Shown piece after piece: positions 15,521-33,265 of a stretch of 64,000 nt of DNA. The position numbers and the translations under genes are program-made. Positions within the stretch are counted from its first letter, which is position 1, and every line of letters starts with the position of its first letter. The stretch comes from the human T2T-CHM13v2.0 reference genome, Homo sapiens. The notes under the pieces are model-generated. The model saw nothing but the letters and a program-made list of their open reading frames with translations. It was not told the DNA's origin and did not search any database. The stretch lies in the NCBI RefSeq assembly GCF_009914755.1, contig NC_060939.1, one strand, 5' to 3'.

Positions 15521-15815
15521 GTAAGTGTTAACTATTACTTGCTTTCCAGAAAGTTTAACATACATTTTCTCTTTTTATTAAGTATTTTTACTATTTGAGA
15601 AATTCTGTTTGCTTCTAAAATATGTCCACCATTGTTACAGTTTATGAAAAGTGGAAAGACATCTAGGCATTGCATTTGGAATCTAAACAAGTCTTTAAAA
15701 ATGATCTACTCTTAGTAAGACATATCTAAATATGGCCTGTGATTAATGACCATCTCTCAGGCTCAAGTGTAAAATCTCAAAATAAGAAATGTTTATTGTC
15801 TCAGTGTATTTATAA

Positions 15816-16136
<321 letters not shown>

Positions 16137-17509
16137 AAAAATTTTACTTAAGATAGTACCTTTCTGAGTAAAAATCTAGCCATGATTACCCACACATCTC
16201 ATTTAACCATTTTGCTAACAATGACCACATTATAACAATTCACCAATTAAAAACTTCTGTTCAGCCTAAATGCTGAATTTGTTATACATATAAAAAAACC
16301 TTGAGATATTTTAAGCCAGAAAATGAGGTCAGAATCAATCATTTTCATGAAATAAATATATGGTCCCAAGACTTAGCCAAATTATTAAACCTGTAAGGGA
16401 AAAGGTCTCAAAAAAATGTTATACTAATCTGATGTTAGGCTCTTTGGTAGGGGTGGTGGTTGAATATGGCCATATGAAAATATGTGAAAAATTTAATAAT
16501 TAATTACCTTGACATTTTGGTTACTTTTTGTTCTATAATTAATCAAACTAATCATATTTTAAATTGGGGAGAAAGAATGAAAGGACATGTCTGTTTCCTG
16601 ATTTGTCTGATTGTTCAGACAGGCCTGATATTGAAAGCTTTTGATACTGAGATCCTATTAATCTCAGATGATGATGAAGTTACTGTATTCTTAAAGAAAC
16701 AAAGAATTTAAATAGAAATTAAATGTTATTTGTAATTACAAATATTAGTCTTTTGTAATTTATGAAACTTCAAACATGAAAAAATTAGATCATGAATTAG
16801 TTTCTGTAAGTTATAGAAAAAAATACAATGAAGTTAATTAAAATCATCAAATTGTATCATTGTGTATATATCTTTCTATTCCTGTAACGTTTATTTTTAT
16901 TCCTTTTTATAATAAAGCCAATTTTTTTCTTGTGAAAAATATTTTGACTCCAGGCTTTTTATATTAGTGTTAAAAATTCTTTAAGTAACCAGGTAAATGT
17001 TATAACAGCCTAGGTTGTAAAGGAGACTGGTGTGGGTTTTTGTGTGTGTGGTTTTTTTGTTTTTTTATTTTTTTTTTCTTTTCATGCTTAGAAAAATGAT
17101 TCACAGACTGGGGAAGTAGAGGGTGAGAAAAAGACAAATTTTTTTTTTAAAGAAAAAGGTAAAAAGGTGTATATTTATTCTACCCTCTTTCTCCGAAACC
17201 CTGATTTATCCATTCCCCCATCTGTTGTTCTTTGCCGCCTCATTTTGTTGTAAAACACCAATTCAGAAAATACGTTTAGAAAAGTACATACACTTCATTT
17301 TCCATTTAAATCACTGGAAAAAGTATTGTTTTTCTGCAATCTCACTTAAAAGTGTTTATAGTTGTACTAATATATATGATGCTTTATGTTTAACACATAT
17401 ATGAAGCATTTATTCGTATAAATAAGCACAGTAATATAAATCTTTGAAGTTTTATTTGTGGAACTGTGTTTCAATTCTGTAGTGCAGGTGCTCATCTCTG
17501 TATTACTAG

Positions 17510-17848
<339 letters not shown>

Positions 17849-17906
17849 TAAATTGACATCTGCTTTAAAAATTCAGATTATAAAACAAAACAACTATATA
17901 TGTATA

Positions 17907-17907
<1 letters not shown>

Positions 17908-17938
<31 letters not shown>
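17908..17938. repeat. (TG)n microsatellite
   Basis: Seen directly. Confidence 0.95.
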
Positions 17939-17939
<1 letters not shown>

Positions 17940-18412
17940 AAATGTATAATTATAATACTTTCATGGGTTTCTATTTGGCTAAAGGGATAATCCCTTACAG
18001 TTATTCTGAAATAGTAAGATCATGTATTTTAGGTATGTTTTTACTCAAAAATAAAATTTAATAATACCTATATATCAAATTTATGGGATAATAAAAGAGA
18101 TTTGTGCTCTTTGAAATATGTAAATATGATGTCTCACTGTGCATTACAGTTGCCCTTGTGATGTACAGAGCTCAAAATAAATGAGTTTCTTTTGTTTCTG
18201 TGCCATTTAGCTAAAGGCAACAAAAATAATTAAAAATGTTTTTACTCTTTGGGAATTTTATGGTTCTGATTTATTAAAAATAGAGGTGGAGGAATCTTTG
18301 AAAAGCTGCTTTGTAAACCCAAATACAAATAACGTGGAATTGATAGAAGAAAAGAAGATAAACTCTGGAAATGTATTTATGAAATATTTATTATTGTGAA
18401 AAAAACTTGTGA

Positions 18413-19025
<613 letters not shown>

Positions 19026-20110
19026 TGAAATTATTTTTAATGTCACACTTTTTCCTTTCCTTTTGCAAGGAAAAAGCACGTTTTATTGACATTTTTAGGG
19101 CTTTTTAAAAATATAAGTTGGTTAAAACTTTTATCTAGAATGTTTTCTCTTGCAGCATCATCAGTTACTAATATAGATAGCACTATTATTGTAAAGTTAG
19201 TGGCGTTAGAAAACACATTTGGGAGTTAAAGTGCTTATTTGCAAATAATGCAAACATAATTTGTGTCCTATAAAGGGAAAGGAAGAATTTGTAATCACAA
19301 GATGAAGACGTTCAAAGCTCAGCTTCTCTCTTGTTACCAAGTTAGAGAAAATCGATATCTGTTTTTCAGATAATTATTTAGAATTTAGTGATTTTTTTTA
19401 AAAAAATCAGGAATATGAGAATTATCACATAATAGTTATTTTATGATTCTAAGGCATTTGTGTGGCAGCTAATAATGCATTTGAAAGCGAGCTTTTGCTT
19501 TCACATACCCATTTATGTCTGTCTTGTACCATTTCTGTGTCAGCGTTCCTTAAAAACTCTGTAGGTCACCTTGTCAGTATAGCTGAAGATAAAGGCTTGA
19601 GAGTTGCTCTCTTGCCTAAAAGATATGAACTGACAGCTGGAGATCATGGGGTAAAGGTATGTGAGATGAAGGCCTTTGGAAAACAGCTGCTTTTCAGAGT
19701 ATAAATTTCATGGCCTGTAGCTTGGATTCTGAAACAATCTTTATTTCTTATCATCTTATCTGTTGTTTTCATAAACGATCAGAAGTAGTCTGATAGTTCT
19801 ACAGTTCATAAACCTTGTGTACTATTACTGTATTTCTCTAGAATTTTTAGTCTGTGGTTTCTCTACTTAGTATTAAGGCAATAGCAAAAGTACCTTATAA
19901 AATAGGAATTTGTATTTCATAGATAAGCTAAGGTCTGACATAAGATCTAAAAACGTAACTTGGCACCACCAACCAGATTGCTATTTGGAAAATGTTTCTG
20001 AACTAATGCAACATGGTATCTTGCCTAATGGTAATTTTTCTGTTATAATAACTACTTTGTTCTTTTGGCCTTTTTATCAGGTGCTTATGTAAATCAAATC
20101 ATAAAAAATT

Positions 20111-20335
20111 GGCTGGGCATGTCGCTCACGCCTATAATGCCAGCACTTTGGGAGGCCAAGGTGTGCAGATCACTTGATGCCAGGAGTTTGAGACCGGTGT
20201 GGCCAACATGGCGAACCCTGTCTCTACTAAAAATGCAAAAATTAGCCAGGCATGGTGGCACCTGCCTGTAATCCCAGCTACTTGGGAGGCTGAGACAGGA
20301 GAATTGCTTGCGAGACTGTTTCTCAAAAAATACAA
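20111..20335 (+). mobile_element. Alu with internal right-arm deletion
   Basis: GAATTGCTTG joins directly to CGAGACTG. Confidence 0.9.
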
Positions 20336-20898
20336 AGATTAAAATTGAGTAGAAATGCAGTAAGGGAGTCTAATGAAGCTGTTTAATACTTTGTGAGCCC
20401 AGAGTAAAAGAATGACTACTAAGCTGAGGTTTGGGTGGGTCTCCTAGTGTACAAAGTGATTTTTAAAGCAAATATGTTTCTGTACTTTAATTAATACTAC
20501 TGTTATTTATTGAAAAGTTACTATGTGTCAGGTACTGTGTAGTAAACGTAATTGAATCCCCACAATCATATTGTGTAGATCCCATTTTTATCCCCATTTT
20601 ACAAAACTGAGCCTCTGAGTGATTAAGTAAAATAACATTCAGAATTCACACAGTAGGTAGGTAGTGGGGCCAGGATTCATTCTAACACCAGAACTCATAC
20701 TCAGGCTGCACTATAAATGACTGAGTATGACCTGCATACCTTCCATGAGTGGTGCCTCCTGGAATTGCCCATCATGCAGAACTGAAGCCTTATCAGTGCA
20801 CAGGACTGTCTTACTGCTGTATATTTCCAAGTATGGGAACAAGGAAATTAGTCCAACCTGTTTCTAGTAGGAGGAGACACACATAAATAAATAACAAT

Positions 20899-22210
<1,312 letters not shown>

Positions 22211-22624
22211 TAATCATATGCAGGAGTGTAGAGTTGGGAGTACACAGAAGGGAGTTACCAGTTTTTACTCTAGGTCCCTCCAGGTTATACTTCTGATACT
22301 GTAAACTGGCATTGCTCTAGTCTCAGTAAGTTTATAGCATGTTCAGTGTTCTATTTTTATTCATCATGGCTACATCTGGTTGAAGTAAGGAGGAAATAGT
22401 GTTAATTTAGAGAAAGTAAAAGAGGCCCAGAAAGGCTAAATGCCTTTCTTAGAGACACAGTAAATCATCGGTATCAAAGCAATTATTTTGGGCCCCAAAT
22501 GACAGTTAATTTCCTGGTAGACTAGGAAATTTCACATTTCCCTGAAATTGATCTAAGTAAGCCAAGAATCTTTTCCTCATTTAACTCATATTCTTTTCAA
22601 GCCTTTATATTTTTCTTTCATATA

Positions 22625-23293
22625 TATTTTTTTCTTTTATATGTTTTATATATATATAAAATACTTTAAGTTCTATGGTACATGTGCACAACGTGCAGGT
22701 ATACATGTGCCATATTGGTTTGCTGCACCCGTTAACTCATCATTTACATTAGGTATTTTTCCTAATGCTATCCCTCCCCCAGCCCCCCACCCCAAGACAG
22801 GCCCTGGTGTGTGATGTTCCCCGCCCTGTGTCCAAGTGTTCTCATTGTTCAGTTCCCACCTATGAGTGAGAACATGCGATGTTTGGTTTTCTGTCCTTGT
22901 GATACTTTGCTCAGAATGATGGTTTCCAGCTTCATCCATGTCCCTGCAAAGGACATGAACTCATCCTTTTTTATGGCTGCATAGTATTCCATGGTATATA
23001 TGTGCCACATTTTCTTAATTCAGTCTATCATTGATGGACATTTGGGGTGGTTCCAAGTCTTTGCTATTGTGAATAGTGCTGCAATAAACATATGTGTCCA
23101 GTGTGTCTTTATAAGTAGCATGATTTATAATAATCCTTTGGGTATATACCCAGTAATGGGATTGCTGGGTCAAATGGTATTTCTAGTTCCAGATCCTTGA
23201 GGAATTGCCACACTGTGTTCCACAATGGTGAACTAGTTTACAGTCCCACCAACAGTGTAAAAGCATTCCTATTTCTCCACATCCTCTCCAGCA
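22625..23293 (-). mobile_element. 5'-truncated L1PA 3' end
   Basis: ATACTTTAAGTTCT...TACATGTGCACAACGTGCAGG antisense L1PA 3'UTR; TSD CAAGC(C/G)TTTATATTTTT. Confidence 0.93.
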
Positions 23294-23926
23294 CAAGCGT
23301 TTATATTTTTCAAGTTCACAAATCTTTTCCTGGTACTTGGCAAATAATGTGGTTATTGAAAGTAGATAACTTCTCTGCTATATGGTGGCCATTGTGGGAT
23401 CTGGGGACTCTACAGTGGTACAAGCTGGCTTCCAGGGAATGAGATAGTGATGTGGTACCTCCCTGTGCAGGTTTCTGCGTGGCTTTTCTGCCTTGGGCTA
23501 AAGCTAGCAGCTCAGGGACCAGATGAAGCAGATTTCCTCTTCCTGGATAGACTCAACCCGTGTTAGCTGAAGCAATATTTGCAGGGCAAGAAGTCTCCTG
23601 ACATGCTGGAGATGCTAGAGGTCCAGGGCTGTAGGCTGAATTGCTCGTGATGGTTCCCAGTGAGGAAGCAATGCAGAGTGTGTGCACCTGCCTTCCTCCT
23701 CAGAGCTGCCACTTGGCAATTATGCCAAACATCATGGGGAATGATCACTATTGATTCAGTTTTGTCCTGTGAACTACTTTCATTCATAGATAAGACTGAT
23801 AGCAAATATCAATGCATCTCTGTATTGTGCAGTATTTAATAGGGCATTCTTTATTTTCCCTAATCCCTAGTAAGGTGGTTCTTAAATTTTTTTTGGATCA
23901 AGGACTGCTTTAAGAATTTGAGAAAA

Positions 23927-24099
23927 GCCGGGCACAGTGGTGTGCGCCTGTATCCCCAGCTACTCTGGAGGCTGAGGCAGGAGGATTGCTTGAGCCCAGG
24001 AGTTTGAGGCTGTAGTGTGCTACGATTGTGCCTGTGAATAAGAGTTGGCACTTCAGCCTGGGCAATATAGCAAGACCCCATCTGTTTAAAAAAAAAAAA
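23927..24099 (+). mobile_element. FAM (fossil Alu monomer) inside an old hAT-Charlie-like element (~23870-24175)
   Basis: Monomer with the FAM-type segment GGCTGTAGTGTGCTACGATTGTGCCTGTGAATA, then A tail. Confidence 0.8.
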
Positions 24100-24449
24100 C
24101 TGGTGAAAGCACTCTCTCCAGAAAAATGCACACACGAAATTTTGAATGTAATTCAAGGGGTTTATGACCCTCTCCACCAAAAGCTGATCTGTGAGCTGTG
24201 GATTTTAGTAAATAACCCTTGTTGTAGACTTTCCATAGTCATTTTGTTTGATAGCCAAAGAAATACTGTCATTTTTTAACCTATGGATATTTCACAGGAA
24301 ATGTGTTTAATGTTCTTCTACATTGATGAAAAGTCAACACTGTATGCTTTAAATCAGCATGCCTACCTGTTGTGTTCTAGGAAATTTTTGTCAAAGCTTA
24401 AATGTTGAATAGCAATTATCTAATATTTACTTTTTCTCCCTTTTTAAAG

Positions 24450-24610
24450 CTTGGTAAAATGCGGCTGACAATTCCGTGTCGGGCCCTTACATGTTCTCAT
24501 CTACAATGTTTTGACGCAACTCTTTACATTCAGATGAATGAGAAAAAACCAACCTGGGTTTGTCCTGTCTGTGATAAGAAGGCTCCATATGAACACCTTA
24601 TTATTGATGG
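24450..24610 (+). CDS. PIAS1: PIAS1 coding exon (~exon 9), SP-RING/zf-MIZ core
   Basis: tttaaag acceptor and gtatgt donor; 161 nt; [54 protein letters not shown]. Confidence 0.98.
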
Positions 24611-25249
24611 GTATGTTACTTTAAGTGTTTTTGGTACCTTGAAATGACCATATATTATCTGGGTTTGTTACACATCAGATTTGGGATGAAAATTCTAAGT
24701 TATATATTTGTAGGATTTTTGTGAGTCTGCAAACCAATATTTTCAAAGTAATTTATTTCAAATTAGTGTTATGAATATTTTATCTTTTTAAATTGATGTT
24801 CCCTTGGTTTGAAAATGCGTGTGTTACTGTCAGTGCCTCCTGGCATTTGTCGTTGAAAGCACTGGTGCTTTTAAGCAGGGTGTGCTTATACCTTTTCCTT
24901 TTCCTGTCATTAGTCCATCCATCCCTAGATATGCAGACCATATTGGAACAAGAATGTATGGGGAAATTTGGGTTAACTCAGGTTCATCCAAAATTGGGCT
25001 TTTCAATAGAAGTTAGCCTATTTCTGGAGATTAGATCCACCTTCAGTCATGGTCTTCTTTTTCTTTTTTGTCTTGCCCACCTATAGCATCACAAAACCAA
25101 TTATTGCTTTTAACACCTCTTTGTTTTATCTATCCTACCAGACATCTTGGAATGTTCCTCTAAATTTTCTTCTATTCTGCAGCCCCCTTTTCCTCCTGCT
25201 TTTTGCCACTAAACAAAAACAAATTGTGAAAAGGAGGACATCTCCTTGA

Positions 25250-25389
25250 TTTTTTTGGGGATGGGGGGTTAGAGACAGAGTCTTGCCATTTTGCCCAGGC
25301 TGCTCTCGAATTCCTGGGCTCAAGTGATCCTCCTGCCTTGGCCTCCCAAAGTACTGAGATTACAGGCATGTGAGCCACCACACCCAGCC
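25250..25389 (-). mobile_element. FLAM / Alu left monomer
   Basis: Antisense left-arm sequence only. Confidence 0.85.
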
Positions 25390-26354
25390 TCTACTTAATA
25401 TTTCCTGTACTTTCTAGCAAAACACTTAAGGCAACTTACCTGTAGTATTTAAGAAAACATAGGAGCCTAAAGGTGGTAATATCAGAAATTAAGTATATTT
25501 AGCAATACAAGTATAACCTGGAGCTTGAAAGATGTCAGACCAGTCATGGGAAACAAACAAACAAACAACATGTAACTTAAATGTTTTATGTTTAATTTTT
25601 CAGAAATGTCGGTGATCACTTACTAGTAAATCAGAATTAAATAGTGATATTTTCCAACTTTATATGTTACATAGCTTTAGGTTCTCCCATTTCTTGTTAT
25701 AAAAGCCATGTACACACATACTCTTTTAAAGAAAAATTGGAAAACACAGGAAAATAAAAAGCTTTTTTCGGTATATGATTTTCTGATTTTTGTCTTTCCA
25801 TAATTGTGATTGTACACTGTTAATAATTTTTGTCCTTTGGTTTCATTTAACATTATAACCTAAGAATTTGGCCGTAATTAATTTTATGCTTTCTTTATAC
25901 ATGTTTTTAAATGTCTGTCACGGTATTTTATCAAAGAGATTTAACCTTTGATTACATATTTGTATATGTTTTGCTTTAGTTTATCAAATAAGACATGCTT
26001 ATTGTGGGCAATTTAGAATATGCAAAAAAGTATAAAGAAGAAAAATAAATACTCATGAAGGTATCACCCAGAGGTAACTACTGTCTATATACTACTCACA
26101 CAGAATTTTATTTTTGAAATGAAGCTTTCTTTTGTTGACGTTTTCTCACTTTTTGTGAACATTTTCCCATATGATTAAAAATCTTTGAAAATGTCATTTT
26201 TCATGGTCACATGATATTTTCTTACATAAATGTGACATAAATTAGGCAGCTATATTCCTAGTTAGTACTAGATTTTAAGAATAAATATAACTTAAGTTGT
26301 TCAACCTTTATGTTCATTTAAAATATATTCTAAGGATGAATTGTTTTCTTATAG

Positions 26355-26485
26355 CTTGTTTATGGAAATCCTAAAGTACTGTACAGACTGTGATGAAATA
26401 CAATTTAAGGAGGATGGCACTTGGGCACCGATGAGATCAAAAAAGGAAGTACAGGAAGTTTCTGCCTCTTACAATGGAGTCGATG
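26355..26485 (+). CDS. PIAS1: PIAS1 coding exon (~exon 10)
   Basis: ttatag acceptor and gtgagt donor; 131 nt; LFMEILKYCTDCDEIQFKEDGTWAPMRSKKEVQEVSASYNGVD. Confidence 0.96.
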
Positions 26486-27191
26486 GTGAGTAGTTCTTCA
26501 CAAGGAAGAGGCAGTCTCCCTACTGCTCTAAGTCTGGTTTTCAATATTAAAATCCATATATTTTTAAAAATCACTGAGCAGTTTGTGGATAGCTTAATAA
26601 TTCCTATTAACTTATTGATTAAATGTTCAGAAGTAATAGAACTCCTTTTAAATTCACTTTTTTGCCAGCTTTAAAAAATTTACTGATATAAGATTTCAAA
26701 GTAATGTAATATAATTAGTCATTTGTAAACTCATACTTTTGAAACTGTACCCTTTTTAAATTTTTAACAGATTTGATACAGAGTAGTAAAGGTTCTTTTT
26801 TCATTTATTTATTTTTTCCTGGCTTTTAGTATGTTTTTGCTGTAAAGACACTATGAGTTTTGAAAATGCTATCATCGTATTTAAGTATGTCAGATACTAT
26901 ACAGACAAAAATTAATATACCGTCTGCTCTCAAATTACTTTTCTTCTGAAGTGGACATATGACACATTTTGATGGTTTGCTCTAATTCAGTAATTTATTA
27001 TTTTGAAAAATAATTTACTATTATTAAATAATAGTTTTAAACTTAGAAGAACAGAGCCACTGTTGGTTTTCTACTCTCTGGCTCCAACAATATTGTGAAT
27101 CTAAACTGTAACTGATAAACTGTAGTGACACTGAGAAAAGAGAGATGTCATAGCTCTTCCCTTGCCTTGTATTTTAATCATTCCCATATAG

Positions 27192-27372
27192 GATGCTTGA
27201 GCTCCACATTGGAGCATCAGGTAGCGTCTCACCACCAGTCCTCAAATAAAAACAAGAAAGTAGAAGTGATTGACCTAACCATAGACAGTTCATCTGATGA
27301 AGAGGAAGAAGAGCCATCTGCCAAGAGGACCTGTCCTTCCCTATCTCCCACATCACCACTAAATAATAAAGG
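27192..27372 (+). CDS. PIAS1: PIAS1 coding exon (~exon 11), SUMO-interacting motif and acidic region
   Basis: catatag acceptor and gtaagt donor; 181 nt; contains KKVEVIDLTIDSSSDEEEEE. Confidence 0.97.
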
Positions 27373-27715
27373 GTAAGTGCTGAGACATTTAAAAAAAAAA
27401 GTAATCATGAAAATTAACTTGGCAAATAGGGATTAAAGACTTGCCAAATAAAATGATTCTTGATTGTGAAACTTAACTTAGCAATCAAAGAATAGTTTGA
27501 ATTTTTCCCAGGTTTGTAATACTCTGGAGGGATTGGGGTAATGCACCAAAAGGGTACTTGGATATAGTATTCTTCATATCAAAAGATCATTCTAGTACCG
27601 TGGTTCTCAAACTGTGGTGTACGTACATCAGAATTACCTGAGAGCTTAATAAAATGCATACATTGCGCCCCCATGTCTGAGTCAGGAGTAGAGACTAAGA
27701 AAATTTGTCTTTCTA

Positions 27716-28068
<353 letters not shown>

Positions 28069-28787
28069 TCACAGGATGTAGAACATTTGTTCAAACTGGA
28101 ATGTATGCTGTAAAATTCACCCCAAGTTGAGTGTTTCAAGTGGAAAGCAGAGGAAGACCAATGATTTAAATCTGCTTCAGAATGTGAATGAGGCTGGTAG
28201 TGAATGACTTCTGTTGCAGCACACAACATTTCCCACTTTGCAGAGTTTTCTCCCATATTTTCCATTAGTCTTATATCAATAACAGTGTACCTAGGTTATA
28301 CTTCAGTTCATGAAACATTGTTATCTACTTTGTATAAAACACCCTCAGCTAAGCATGGATGATAATAAAATGAGTAAGTACAGTCTTAACCTTAAACAGC
28401 TTAGCACTTTCTGGGGGGTGGTAAAACAAGTAGCATACTCCAACTATACTCTCAAAACAGGCTGTTAGTCCTGTAGACACATCAGGGATTCTGAGCAAGA
28501 TTTCTAATTGTGCTGAAGCACAATTGTAGCACACTAATTGTAAATCTAGAAATAGATGTGTCCCTTTTTAGGTATAAAGCAGGAGAATCACATGGCCTGT
28601 TGCAACTGAATAGAAGCTAACCAGAAACTCTTCCAGCAAGCATTAGGGACTAAAGAAAGAATGTAGGAGAGAGAAGGAAGTCCATAGATGGCATTGTTAC
28701 AACACCAGATCAAGAGCAGGCATTTCTGTGCCTGGAGTCAAATCATTTTCAGGTTTGACATTGTATGATGAGATTAAAGATTTCTAT

Positions 28788-29008
<221 letters not shown>

Positions 29009-30279
29009 TCAAACATTTCACACATCGGTATTTTCATTCTACAGTAGTCCATCTTGGCATACAGACAGAAACAAAGACATTAAAAACAGTATCATCATTC
29101 TAAACAAAGTGAATAATTTAAGCACAAATCCTACTGTTATGAACATGACCTCTGATAAAAGCCTATCTTGATGGCTATAACCCAGCAAGCCTGACCTTGT
29201 TATTACACCAATGTATTTTATGTCTGAGTAGGAGAAAAGGAAAAGTCACATTACCTAAAGTTAGAACAAGTATCTATAGAATTTCAATTCCAAGATATTT
29301 TGTAAATATCAAACCATAGTATGACCAAATACACATTGTCATGTGATTTTTTTAAGTGCCATAATCACAATTTTAAAAGATATTTCATAAACCTCTGGAT
29401 ATATAAATACTTTTGGGCTAAATGCATCGTAATATATATATTTGTTCTGTTCTTTAGACTATTAATAGTAATATGTATTTATGTAAACTATGCAATAGTA
29501 TTACTGACTATATATTTTTTCTTTAAAGAAAACATTTGAGTGTTTAGGAATCTAATATTTCTTCTTTGGATATTTACTTTGCTCTTTCTCCAAAAATATT
29601 TGGAGAAAATAAAATAAATAATGTTTATTATGTTTGGAAAATTACATTAAATGCATTAAGTACTTCCTGAATTTCCCAGTGACTAATTGAACCCAGCTAT
29701 AGTATTTGCAAATGCCAGACATTTCTCTCTCTATTTGCAGATAAAAACAAGAAACTTGAAAGTTTACATCCTTAGAAGGAGAATAACACACCATAGTCAA
29801 CACTAGTAGCCATTTTATAATAATGACTAGTTGGTAACTGGAAACCTCAGTACAGCATATTGTGTTTGTTATTGTGCAGTATAAAGGTTGAAATGCATTT
29901 CAAAACATTATCACAAATTGAAAGAAAAGCATGCAGCCAGGAATTAGAGGCAAACACTAAATGTAAAACATTTTGTTGTCTTTAGCCACTGAGTGCTTAA
30001 TGTTCATCCAGAAATTGTCTATGCTGTTTGAGATGTTTTCAAAGACTAGCATTTTAAATCCTCTCTTATAATCTCTTAGACATTGTGAGAAGACTCAGCT
30101 AATGGTAAATGGTACTTTTTCTAGATATAAGAGGTTTAACAAAGTTTCCATTAGATGAAACATTTTTATGAGGCAGACGAGAGTGTGTTTTATGCTTCAT
30201 ATCCCATTCATTAAAATGTGGTAGATGGTCATAACTGGAACTCTATTCCTAGAAATCCAACCTTGTCATCTCGTGAAAT

Positions 30280-30608
<329 letters not shown>

Positions 30609-30825
30609 CTCTTTTGAAATATTCTATACCACTGAAATTGCATCCCCATGCCCCAGGTACTTTACATGAAGCATTAAAAGCAAAAGACAGCCTCTTTATT
30701 GCTTCCTTTCTCTTTATTTTCTATAACACATACACCTTCAGCCTCTTGTATTGTTGGGGTAACATATAACCCTTATGTTTCCTTCTAAGAGGGCTACTAT
30801 AATTGTTTTTCTTTTCAAAATTAGC

Positions 30826-31127
30826 TTTGTTTTTGTTTTTGTTTTGTTTTGAGACAGGCTCTTGCTCTGTCACCCAGGCTTGAGTGCAGTGGTGCAATCA
30901 CGGCTCATGCAGCCTCGACCCCCCAGGCTCAAGCAATCCTCTCATCTATCTCCCAAGTAGCTGGGACTACAGATACGTGCCACCAGGCCTGGCTAAGCTT
31001 TTTAATTTTTCGTAGAGACAGGGTCTCCCTATGTTGCCCAGGCTGGGCAACTTCTGGGCTGAAACTATCCTTCTGCCTCAGCCTCCCGAAGTATGGGGAT
31101 TACAGGAATGAGCCACCATGCCTGGCC
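30826..31127 (-). mobile_element. AluJ-like
   Basis: Diverged antisense dimer with (TTTTTG)n tail. Confidence 0.9.
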
Positions 31128-31947
31128 CCAAAGTTAGTTAAATTATTATTTTTTCCTTCTTCTCCTTTTTTCCTTTCCCTTAATTGTTAGTAAATTTTAA
31201 AAAAAAAAGCTACTTAGCTATTTAAACTTTTCACTGTTTTTTAGAGTCCTAATTCTTGTTTTATGTTTTCTTTTTCCAGTTATACTGTTCTCTCTTTAAA
31301 AACTCTCCACTACCTATTCGTTTTGGAGTATTTCTTCTTGTTTCACTACATTCATTAGATTCAGCAGGGCTTTTATGCAAACAATGTGCTGATAACTGTA
31401 CTGGGCATTGGGTATACTAAACAATACCCAGTTTTTGCCCTCCTAAAGATTACAATCTGAGGGGCCAGCTGGTAACTCCGAACCACTCAGATTGCTTCAT
31501 TCCCTCTGTCTTATTATATGTATTTTCTTTGCTAGGGCATACGTATGCTTCTTAATAGCCAATACTCTGGTGTTGTTTTAAAAGGGTTTCCGACTTTCAT
31601 TTGATGTAGGTATCTTTCACTCATATCCCGTTAAAGTGGCTCAACTGTACCTTTCTCTTGCATTTTGAAAGCATAGGTGATGATATTCCAAAGGCAATGT
31701 GAGGTTTGTGAATGTTGGATACCATTGCATCTGTCCACTTCTTCCTGTGGCCTCTGTTAAATGCTATTATGTATACAAATTATTTTCTCATAATTGTGTA
31801 TAATCTAAATTATACATTGCTTTGCTTGGTTTTGTTCTTATTTCCAGCACTAAACCGAGGGTTCATTGTGAGATACAACCCCTTTTTTTGTTAACCTTGA
31901 GAGTTTAACTGGCTAATGAAAACTATGCCAATCTTTCCTTCTTCCAG

Positions 31948-32090
31948 CATTTTAAGTCTTCCACATCAAGCATCTCCAGTATCCCGCACCCCAAGCCTTC
32001 CTGCTGTAGACACAAGCTACATTAATACCTCCCTCATCCAAGACTATAGGCATCCTTTCCACATGACACCCATGCCTTACGACTTACAAG
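31948..32090 (+). CDS. PIAS1: PIAS1 coding exon (~exon 12)
   Basis: cttccag acceptor and gtgagt donor; 143 nt; ILSLPHQASPVSRTPSLPAVDTSYINTSLIQDYRHPFHMTPMPYDLQ. Confidence 0.96.
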
Positions 32091-32409
32091 GTGAGTCACT
32101 GGTTCTTCTACATTGTCACATAGCATTATGAATGCCTTTGATCTATATAATTCTCTTCTAGGTGAATCTAAGGAAGAACTGGAAGACTGAGCCAACAGGG
32201 CCTTGGACCCAGGGAACTGAGAGAAATAATATGCCGTTGTTATAAATACTGACCCAGTTCGTTGATTGTACTGTCATCAGTAGCCAGTGTTTTACTCCCA
32301 GTGGTAAAACTAGTGCAATAATCTTTAGTTTTTGTGAGCTCCTGAGTACTCTGCAAATTGTTTTTGAATGACTGCTAGTATGTGGGTTTGAATTTTGGTA
32401 TTTATGAAC

Positions 32410-32706
32410 ATTATTTTTTTTTGCCGTGGGGAACGGAGTCTTGCTCTGTTGCCTGGGCTGGAGTGCGGTGGCACGATCTCAGCTCACTACAACCTCCGCC
32501 TCCCAGGTTCAAACAATTCTCCTGCCTCAGCTTCCCGACCGAGTAGCTGGGATTATAGGCGCCCACTACCACACCAGGCTAATGTTTTATATTTTTAGTA
32601 GAGACAGGGTTTCACTATTTTGGTCAGGCTGGTCCTGACCTCGTGGTCCTCCTGCCTCGGCCTCCCAAAGTGCTAGGATTACAGGCGTGAGCCACCACGC
32701 CCAGCC
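32410..32706 (-). mobile_element. AluS
   Basis: Antisense dimer; TSD TGAACATTATTT. Confidence 0.92.
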
Positions 32707-33158
32707 CTGTGAACATTATTTATTGTACCCTGACTTTAGTTGTAATGCAACAGGCATTGTGGGTAACTATGTTGTATTATGTTTTAGATAATGGTGAGTT
32801 GAGACATTTGAAAGTTTTAGTTTTTATTCTAATGAATTTGATCCTTCTTAAAAATTTTTTTTTTAATTTTGTGGGTACATACTAGGTGTATACATTTATC
32901 TGATCCTTCTTTTTAAAAGCTGTTTGAAATGTCAGTATACTCATTTATATATTTTGAGTTCATAATAATCATTTATATTATCAAAAAGAATTGTTTTTAT
33001 ATCTTTGTAGCATAATAATTTGAATATTAGTCATATAATCTAAGAACTTTTTTTTATTAAAAAAGCCATATATGCTCATTGTAGAAAATTCAACACAGAA
33101 ACATAAAGTGAAAGTTTCCCTCTACCTATCCCCCAACCCCATTCCCGGGAAGTTACAG

Positions 33159-33160
<2 letters not shown>

Positions 33161-33196
<36 letters not shown>

Positions 33197-33221
33197 GGAG
33201 TTTTGCTCTTATTGCTCAGGC

Positions 33222-33265
<44 letters not shown>

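Noticed and set aside
23340-23760. GC-richer non-repeat island in a PIAS1 intron (possible enhancer or cryptic exon)
   Set aside because: No convincing splice pair or motif cluster; needs conservation or chromatin data
23927-24099. Possible 7SL RNA gene
   Set aside because: Lacks the S domain and has an A tail; fits FAM
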